From NCBI GenBank assembly GCA_905331295.1, contig CAJNYD010000512.1, positions 1 through 64,000 on the forward strand: a stretch of 64,000 nucleotides of DNA, written 5' to 3'. Under the pieces are notes generated by a model. The model did no database searches. It was not told where the DNA came from and worked only from the letters and a program-made list of their open reading frames with translations. The stretch comes from Rotaria socialis. Its lineage: Eukaryota. Position numbers and translations under genes: made by a program. Positions 54,894-64,000 of this stretch are shown in pieces. Numbering within the stretch: the stretch's first letter is position 1; each line of letters starts with the position of its first letter.

Positions 54894-55125
54894 CTCTTAT
54901 TTCTTAGTGTACTCAAAAAAATTCTTTTTATTTCTATGATTGTCCTTTATTCTTTTTATGTTTGCACAAAAAAGAGCTCAGAGGGCTTTTTTTTCTATCG
55001 TCTTCCTTATTCCAACAAAAAATAACTATTCACAAACAGGTAAAAACTCTGTGGTGGAGTGTCTTAGGTTCTTTTTTTATAGAAATAGAATTTCAAAATC
55101 GAAAGCTAAAGTAGAAGTGTATGAA

Positions 55126-57537
55126 ATGGTTCCAGTAAAAATGATCAAAAACATGGAAGATGTTCGTGTTATTAGTTTAGGTACTGTGAGTGATGATGCA
55201 ACAAAATGTATTCAGACAAATAAACATATTCTTGAGATCAATCCTGCTGCTTTGAATTGCGTCGATTATACACAGTGTATCAATTTTATGAACTCGGTGC
55301 GGGATGAAAAAGTAATTTTTATTATTTGGAATGGATGTATTACTGATATTTTATCAAAATTTCATGACTGTTCGTCATTATTTGCAGTTTTCCTCTACTC
55401 TAAGAAGCGTTCTTATGTTCATGATAAACTACGCTCTCAATATTCGAAGATCGTAGATGTATTCGATGACGAGAACGCCCTAATAGGATCGGTTCGAAAT
55501 ATAATTCAATCCATGGCGAGGATAGCTATCGCTGTTAGTTTGTTCGATCAGAAACAGAAGTCCATTAGAGACTTGACGAAAAACTCGGCCTCATTTATTT
55601 GGTATCAACTTCTGATTAATGTATTAAAAGATATGATTCCAGATGCGCAGTCAAAAAATAATATGCTCGCGGTTTGTGAAGATTTCTACGCAAGCAATAA
55701 GGAAGAACTTCTAAAAATAGCTGAATTTCGAAAATCTTATACTCCAGACAAAGCTATTTGGTGGTATTCAGATGAGTGTTTTCTCTATAAGTTGCTTAAC
55801 AGAGGTCTTCGAACAGAAAATATCGACCTGCTTTATTCTTTTCGATTTTTTATTATCGATCTCTCTACTGCATTGGAAAATGAATGTCAGAAGTTGAAAC
55901 AGAATGGTTGGGTGACTGTCTATCGAGGACAACGTCTTTCAAATACGGATTTTGAAGAGTTACATGCTAGCATTGGAATTATCATTACATTCAACGGATT
56001 CCTCTCGACTTCAAGAGATATAAACGTTGCTTTAAGATTTGCTCACAAATGTGCAGCAATTGGAAATGATTTTAAAATATGTCTCATCGAAATTTGCGTT
56101 AACCCATCATTAGATTCAGTTGTTGCCGCTGATATCGAACAGTTTAGTAAAATGAAAGGTGAGAAAGAAGTTTTGTTTGGTCTTGGTACAACATTTAAAG
56201 TCGAATCAATCGAAATGGACGAAGCTTTAAACTTGTGGAGAATTCGTTTAATAACCACTGACGAAGGCGCTGAACGAACACATGATTATATACAAGCACA
56301 GAAAGAGATGATGAAAGAGTATAGTCCTCTGATCGGCTTCGGACGGCTCCTGTGGAATGAATTGGGTCAAATAGATCGTGCTGAAAAATATTTTAAAAAT
56401 TTACTCCAGTCAGTTCCTCCAGATCATCCGGATATTGCCGATATCTATAATAGTATCGGATGTGTGTACGCTAAGAAAGGTGTACTTGATGAGGCATTGA
56501 AAAACTACAATGAAGCTTATGAAATTAGAAAACGAAAATTGCAGGAAACTGATCCAAAAATAGCGGGATCGTTACATAATATCGCTGTCATTTATAGAGC
56601 CCAAAGTGAAATTGATCGTGCCCTTGATTATTTTCTACAAGCTCTAACTATTCATGAAAAGAATTACGATGGAGACCATGAGGACAAAGGCTACACGATT
56701 GAATCGATTGGTTTAGTTTACAAGAGTAAATGTAAGTTCGACACAGCTCTTATATGGCTCAGCCGAGCTCTTGGTAAGTACAAGCGACTTTTTCCTACAT
56801 AACATCCCGAAATTGCTAAGTGTTTCGGTAGTATTGGAAGTATTTACGAAGAAAAAAATGAACTTGACAGAGCACTTGATTACTACTACTGTCAATTGGA
56901 AATGGAAGAAAAATGTCTTCCTCCTGATCATTCTAGACTATTGAAGCATCTCGACTGGATCACCCGAATATACTGTAAGAAGCATGGCAAAGAAAAAGCG
57001 CTGACTCTATATCAAGAAAAGTTAACGATTCAACGTACGATTTTAAATGATAATCATCCAAATATTGCTTTGAGACTCATGAAAATTGGAGATTTCCTTA
57101 AACGTCATGAAGAATACTATGGAAAAGCTTTGAAGATTTTGGAAAAATGTTCGCCTCCAGATCTATTGCTCAAAATTAACTGTCTAGATACGCTGAGTAC
57201 AGTAGCCCTAAGTCAGAATGATTTCCAACTAGCTCTCACACATCAGCAAGATATTCTTGAGACCTGTAGTCGAGTATATGAGCCAAATCATCCCAATTTT
57301 CCTTTCAGGCTACAAAAGATTGGAGATATTTATTTCGAAAAATTACACAACTATCAGCAAGCTTTATATTATTACTCTGAAGCCTTATCAATGTATCAAA
57401 TTATTTATCACTCCCGACGCAAAGAACTGTTTGATATTCAGAATAAAATTCGCAAAGTTCAACAGAGCCTGGCTGGTGACAATATGTTAACAAAGCAAGA
57501 TGATAATCACGACGACGAATTTTCTCTTTTCGACTAA
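55126..57537 (+). CDS. NAD(P)+-arginine ADP-ribosyltransferase (R-S-E type) with C-terminal TPR array; one in-frame TAA at 56800-56802
   Basis: AIWWYS..CFLYKLLNRGLR, VYRG, NGFLSTS, EKEVLF motifs; kinesin-light-chain-type TPRs (HPDIADIYNSIG.VY). ORFs 54940-56802 and 56896-57537 share a frame and the intervening codons read HPEIAKCFGSIG. Start codon uncertain. Confidence 0.9.
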
Positions 57538-58054
57538 AACAGTATGACATTCTCTAATTGTTCATCTATATCTCCGCTGGAAGCGTGAAGATTTTCACTC
57601 ATACTGAGGCTCGATGAAAAAAATAATGAAGTTAACTATCAATTTTGTTGAAGACTCAAACTCCCTTTTCATCTTCTTTCATTTCAATGGTAAAAACCTC
57701 TTCGAAAATTTTCTGCTACAACTGATGCCAAATGACAGTTTCATGTATGCTATTTTTGTCTCTAGTTGTGGAAGAAACAAAGAAAAATTCAGTCAAATCT
57801 GCGTATGTGTGACGCAGACTCATAGTGCATAACTGCAAATGCGGCTAAACAACGTGTATATGGAGTAGGCGGGTATATAAAGCAACAGAATAAATATTAC
57901 TCAGAGCGTAAAAATATACGAAGTTAGTGATTGATTAGTGTTGAAGATTCATTACAAGTTGATATATTTACTTTGATATTCTAGCCAATTCATTCGTGAC
58001 TATAGAAATATTGAAACTTCATGAAGAACTGAAGAGTTATCACTGGTTCAAATA

Positions 58055-58603
58055 ATGTGTATGATTTGCCTATTTATGGTTATTAATAGTGAGTCACTAT
58101 TAGTGACTCAATTCTTCTTTGTAAGTTGACGATAAAAATTCTAATGAATTCTTAAAGGAAGTTGGATTTGGAATGATTAAGCGTTGAGTTGCCAAAGAAA
58201 TTCATCCAAGCTTTATCATCTCGGAACATCAAGACACACATGCACTGTTCGTGCTGAAGCTACACTTACAACAAAAATAATCAACTTTACGTATGGTATC
58301 GAATTTGATGACAGTACTTTTGACGGACGGAATTCAAATGCAAAGATGAGTTTATTACTATATATTTCTTTCTATATAATACATTAGTCGATATCTCGGT
58401 TTGAAAATGGCGCATGTGGCGTCAGAAGTTAATAGGACATGATGGAAAAGAAACTGCGATAACAAGTTGTGTTTATGAGTAATGCTTACACGAAGTGAGT
58501 GTTATTTCATTCTTCATTTAGTTTGGTCGTTTTACTTTCTATATCTTAGGGAATCGTGTATGGTTCAATAAAAGCTCATCGACGATTCAAACATGTCGAG
58601 TGA
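58055..58603 (+). pseudogene. Fatty-acid-binding protein (FABP/lipocalin-like) pseudogene
   Basis: VDDKNSNEFLKEVGFGMIKR*VAKEIHPSFIIS / TVRAEATLTTKIINFTYGIEFDDSTFDGR / FENG..QKLIGHDGKETAI / GSIKAHRRFKHVE* follows the FABP consensus. TGA at 58185-58187 and a frameshift in a CA run near 58235. Confidence 0.8.
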
Positions 58604-58725
58604 AAAGAAAAATCTCATTAAACAGCAATTTTCATTTCAGTGGTCGTCTTACAAATCAGCAGCTTTTAGTTCAGCTCATAAATTGATGATCATAATAGTA
58701 TATTTTCTTTGTTTTATCTTTCAAG

Positions 58726-58924
58726 CAAGGGGAAAAAACTGATTTCTTGATTTCTAGTAATTTCTAGTGATTTCTTGATTTCTAGTGATTTCTGATATGA
58801 GAAATCAACTTTTTCATTGCTAGGAATCATTGGATATCACCAGAAATCAAGAAAGTAGTTTGTAACCCTTGATTTCTAGTGATTTCCAATGATTTCTAGT
58901 ATCATAAATCAGCTCCCCCCCTTG
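58726..58924. mobile_element. hAT-like MITE (199 bp)
   Basis: CAAGGGGAAAAAACTGATTT / AAATCAGCTCCCCCCCTTG; perfect 8-bp TSD CTTTCAAG; GATTTCT internal repeats. Confidence 0.9.
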
Positions 58925-59196
58925 CTTTCAAGTATATTCCGCTTAGGAATGTCAAGTGTTTTCTCATATACAATGGATACGAGAAAAATTATTTGTATTC
59001 ATGTTTATTTGACGTAAGTAATTATTGGTATACACCAATACCCTCAAGATTCAAAATTCAAATGTATTTTAAGCAAGAATACTAAGAGAGAGAAAATAAG
59101 CGAGAAAAATGAAGAATAGAATCAGTATAGCATTGATGTTAAACATTAAGTTCAAGATCATGCAAACAATAAGCGAAGAGTCAAAGTTGCAGTGTT

Positions 59197-59833
59197 CTAA
59201 TCCAAATTACGAATAGTTGGATATGATAATCCAACATGCCAATCTGGATCGTATTCAGCCATTTCTACAGAAAGCTCACCGCTCCATAAACGTAACCACG
59301 GATCTTCGGTTCGTGCTCCTACTTCAATGAAATGTGTTTCAGCTGCCAGCTGCCATTAACGCGAATGCAGATTTGAAATATGGAGCGCATACCGAAGTAG
59401 TACTTCCACTACCAAAGAAGCTACCGCCTCGAAAATCTAACGCCATAATGCTACTTTCGCAAACATGTTGATGTTTAAGACATTTATCATTATTTGGTAG
59501 TAGCTGATTTGAAATTAACACTTGGTTATTTATGAGAAACTGAACTAGACTGTATACTCCTTGTTTGCCAGGCTGAGCCGTCATCTGAACCCGAATCTTA
59601 TAAATCGTCGGAACTGAATGATGAGCAGCAAGTGACAGACGGGGAATTTTCGTAAATGTAGCTGATGCTATACCTATTTCAAACATTTCGAGATCTTGAT
59701 ATCGTGTGTAAAAATATCGACGTCGTAGCGGTTTATTTACATTCGAAGAACTTCTTTTTCCAAGATTGGAAATATTGATTATATTATTAGTTTTACTTGT
59801 AACAACCGGATTCTCTTCACTTGTGCGCAACAT
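59197..59833 (-). pseudogene. Uncharacterised protein gene with a frameshifting 7-bp duplication
   Basis: The 177-aa ORF stops right after TGGCAGC-TGGCAGC; removing 7 nt gives ..LMAAETHFIEVGARTEDPWLRLWSGELSVEMAEYDPDWHVGLSYPTIRNLD*. Confidence 0.6.
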
Positions 59834-60454
59834 GGGAAGAAGATTAAAACTCAAAAACAATATGTAACACATTGTTTGATTCGAATTTTCGTCTAAGTTC
59901 TGAAACAGAACAAAATCTTCGCGTAAGAATATTGTTTCTTATTATAATCGGATCTTTTGATTAATCCACAGTGAAATATAGATATTTTCATTATTCTCAT
60001 TCTGTAGTAAATCAGTTGTGTGAAAGGTATGGAAACAAAAACAAATTAGGTAGTTTTTTTCTCACAAGGTTCAGGTTAACCGTAGTCGGATGCGTAATTA
60101 GCATCCTTTGTTTTTTTAATGATAAACAACTCACCTGTCCTCAGCATGCTGCGGGAAGGAATACTCTCGATTTGTGTGTAATGCTTACGAAAATCGCTTC
60201 CACTTTTATATACTAGCAATACATTATTTTTTTCCCCGAAACTGCGATGCCTGAATTAGGCTCGTTTAATTTTGAAGTTGTACCATTCCAATAACATCAA
60301 GTATACCATTCTATTTTTCATGCATAAATATTCAGTTCCTTTTCACCAACTTCTAAGTCTGCATGAAGAAAGGTGTTCTCAATTACCAATTGATGTAACG
60401 ATATGTAATCTCATTCAATCTCGTATAACTGAAGCAAAAAAGAAAGACACATAT

Positions 60455-60518
60455 TGAGGGTGTGAGGGTGTGGGCCCACACCCACACCCATATTCTATAT
60501 CCTGCAGGATATAGAATA
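60455..60518. repeat. Head-to-head TG(A/T)GGG-like repeats followed by a perfect 28-bp palindrome
   Basis: TGAGGGTGTGAGGGTGTGGG|CCCACACCCACACCCA, then TATTCTATATCCTG|CAGGATATAGAATA (60491-60518). Confidence 0.85.
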
Positions 60519-61116
60519 ACGTATTTAGTGATACTTCAGGGCACGATGATTCTAGAAGGTTGGTATATCGTCTAGTGGATTCTGATCAGGATTTGAATAC
60601 AAATGTTACAAATTTTTGACATATTATCAGATGGAGAGTATGTCTGATTATGTTACTTGCTATTTGGCATCCATTATTGCTGACAATAACAAAGTGATTT
60701 TAAATCAGAGTTTGCCGATGCGAGTGTGTGGCATGTGAGATTCCTTGATAGATTTCGCGAGCGACATCTACACACTGACTATTCTATACTGTTATATTTG
60801 TTTGAAAATAAAATTTTGTTTCTAGAAGTTGTTTAAAAGAATTAATTTCGCACAGTTTTGTAAGCTCTGTCTATCAGCTTTGCAATTTAATGAAAAAATG
60901 ACTTGCACAACATATGTTGAAAATCATATGTCATGGTCTAATTTGTCAGAAGGTAGATAAGATCATATCTTTCCCTCATTGGAGTGATTAATCATACTTC
61001 TGTTCTGTGAATCACGGAGTTGCATTCTTTCCTTCAATATTGACTCATGGCTTGTTGTAAACAAGCGGTGGGTATTTAAGTGAGTAATAACAATCGTAAC
61101 AGCTTCATTCTACACG

Positions 61117-63665
61117 ATGCTTCGAATCAAACGAGATCTTTCTGGCTTTAGTCAACAAGTAGAGCAACAGTATGTACCATTGAAACAGGTTAGTGTCGAA
61201 GCGTACATTAAATCGTTTGCTGCCGATGTAACTATCAAACAAATCTTTCGTAACGATGAGACAAAACCAATTGAAGCAATTTACTGTTTTCCAATCGAAG
61301 AACAAGCAGCAATCTACTCTTTTGTTGCTCGAATTGATGAACGAGAAATTGTTGCACATTTGAAAGAAAAAAAGGAAGCACAACGAGAATATATTGATGC
61401 TCTTCAACAAGGTCATGGTGCATATTTACTTGAACAAGATGAAAAATCTCAAGATAATTTTGTTATCAATGTTGGCGCATTACCAGCTGGTAAAGAATGT
61501 CATATCTCGATATCATACGTATCCGAACTAGATTTGGTTCAAAATGGAAGTAAAATTCGTTTTGTTATTCCAACAACTATTGCACCACGTTACAATCCAG
61601 ACAAAGGTGGTATTAGTGCACCATCTGACACGACATCTAAATATGTTCAAACTACTCAGTATACAGTTGAATTTCATTGTCGAGTAACGAAAGCAAATGT
61701 TTCTCGAGTTAGTTCAACATCTCATCCGATCAAAATTGATCTCGCTCAAGAGGATGTGTATGTGATCGAGTTTGCTCAACAAAGCACTCATCTAGATCGA
61801 GATATCTTATTGGATATTGAATTAGTTAATAATCATTCGAATACCATTGTTGCAGTGGAACCAGGCGCTGTTATGGCATCATTTACGCCAACGGAAGAAG
61901 ATTGTCAACGTGCAATGAATAATACTGAAATGACCAATGAATTTATTTTTGTTGTCGACTGTAGTGGATCGATGGAAGATGAGAACAAGATTGGATTGGC
62001 TCGTGAAGCCATGTTACTCTTTCTCAAGAGTCTTCCAGTCAATTGTCATTTTAATATCATTCGATTTGGATCAAATCATCGGGCACTATTCAACGAGATC
62101 ACTGCCATTTACAATGAAGAGAATTCACAAAAGGCTGAACAGCTTACAAAACAGTTGAAAGCAGATTTAGGCGGTACTGAGCTAGTAAGTCTTCATTGCT
62201 TTTAACGATGTTATCTTAAACAGTCGGTCGTTTATCTCTATTGTAGTTACAACCTCTTCAATGGTTAGAAAAACATTCTCCAAGACAAGGTCGTGCAAGA
62301 CAAATATTTCTGTTGACCGATGGAGAAATTTCAAATGTGAATGAGGTACTCGACTTGTGTCGTACGATGGCTACTTCTACACGAATCTTTTCATTCGGCT
62401 TGGGTCATTCGCCAAGTCGTTCACTAGTCAAAGGTCTTGCTCGAGCAACAAATGGACGTTTCGTTTTTATTCCACCTAATACTAGTGTTGACGTACACGT
62501 GGGTGAACAATTGCAAAAAGCTCTACAATCCTGTATAACAAACATAAAAGTGAAATGGAATCTGGCTACTGATGTAACAAGTGCGCCAACGAAAATGCCA
62601 CCAGTCTATGCTAATGATCGTCTCATAGCGTATGCACTTGCAAACGATCCAACGTTTGTGTTCAATCATAACTCGAGTGTCGAATTACATACTGATGAGA
62701 ATCGATTGGGAGAAGCAAAAATCGATTGTATACCACAGGTTAGCAACAATGGAACGATTGCAAGACTTGCTGCAAAAGCTCTTATTCTCGAACTACAACA
62801 CTCGAAGCTACCATCCTCAATCGGACAGAATCATTCAGGGTCATTACAGAGTCGATTTCAGCACAATCAACCATCACCAATACCAACAGTCGACGAAAAA
62901 GAAACCACGAAGAAACGTATTATTAAACTTTCCCTCAAGTATCAGATTCTAAGTCCACATACTGCTTTTATTGGCGTTGAAAAACGAGTGAATGCCAGCA
63001 ACGCTGATATGGTCTTGCGTGAAGTACCAATTCAAATATCGGCCGATGACGAACATTTATTGGGATCTCAACAGATGATGAATTTTTCTGCTCCTATGAT
63101 GGCCTGCTATGCAGTGTCACCACCAGCGTTCAGAGCGTCGATGAAACAATCTAACTTCTCAATGGACTGTGCTTGTTTCAACGCTTCAGGAGCATCTCGA
63201 TCGAGTTCGATGTTTAATTCTTCTATGTATGATGAGTGTTGCATGCCTGAATTATTAGCTGATTCAGACCTCTATAATGACGAGTCAAACAGTAATGCTA
63301 TGGACTTATGCGCAAGCCCTCAGTATTTGATTGTCCAAGAGAAAACTGAATCATGGCCAATAGATGATCAAGATATTGTTCGTTACTTGATCAGCAGACA
63401 AAAATTTAACGGTTTATGGGATTTGGATGCAAAAGATATAGAACAACTGACCGGAAAATCGCTACCAAACTTTCTATCATTCAACAACAATCAGCAAATT
63501 GTTATTGCGGCCATTGTTATTGTTGCACTTGAAACACGTTTTGCTACATTGTCGACAATGTGGCATGCTGTAGTACAGAAAGCTCGCAAACATCTACTCG
63601 AATTACTCAACAAAGACGCTAATCAACTTCAATCACTATTAGAAAGGATTCGTCAAGAATTCTAA
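61117..63665 (+). CDS. VIT plus vWA domain protein (VWA5A-like)
   Basis: VIT domain (VPLKQVSV.A.I..F.ADV...Q.F.N....IEAIYCFP), MIDAS FVVDCSGSM, LTDGEI, RIFSFGLG, LS..TAFIGVE, Q..NGLW; intron 62185-62246. Confidence 0.93.
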
Positions 63666-64000
63666 GCATTACTTTTTTTGTCGTTGTCTACTTATATTTA
63701 TCTGTAAAGACAAAATATTTAATATAGAAGAATCGATAATTTATTTAATAAAGCAAAGAATTCATATCACATGAAAAACAAGTTTAATCTAGAATAACCG
63801 CAACTGTATTGGAAGACGATAAAGCAACGACTAACTATGTTAAATCTATGATTATGAAATATTTTCTTCTTCTAGCCAAGAGACGGTCTTGAACATACGA
63901 ATAGACAAACAAAAATAGCCTCAAAATAATCATAATATTCTATTCCTGATTGCTTACTTCTTTTCAAAGACTTCGATTATTAACTGCCAAAAAATGAGTC

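Noticed and set aside
54940..55125. Extended N-terminus of the ART ORF
   Set aside because: Non-ATG start and T-rich, intron-like sequence ending in TTTTTTATAG at 55082.

Overview
AT-rich eukaryotic genomic DNA with short GT-AG introns. The gene content (intronless ADP-ribosyltransferase-TPR gene, Pro/Ile-rich repeat-protein family, VIT-vWA gene) and intron style suggest a bdelloid rotifer; this is an inference, not verified. The window has three compartments. (1) About 1-22 kb is decayed and rich in transposable elements, with pseudogenes of an ASK/MAP3K5-type protein, a BRAP-like protein and a secreted LRR protein, each hit by an insertion (a solo LTR or MITEs). (2) About 22-52 kb holds apparently intact intron-containing genes: clathrin light chain, GLOD4, two Pro-rich paralogs, FBXL4, a BTB protein, a TASK-like K2P channel and TENT5/FAM46. 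(3) About 53-64 kb has nested MITEs, an ART-TPR gene with one in-frame stop, a FABP pseudogene, a frameshifted orphan gene, a telomere-like double palindrome and an intact VWA5A-like gene. Several non-autonomous DNA transposons can be delimited to the base by TIRs and TSDs. I found no rRNA, tRNA or CRISPR array. I cannot demonstrate a wholly new system; the best candidates are the receiver-like/ART/TPR gene near the VIT-vWA gene and the Pro-rich paralog family. All protein calls come from motif recognition by eye, with no database search.
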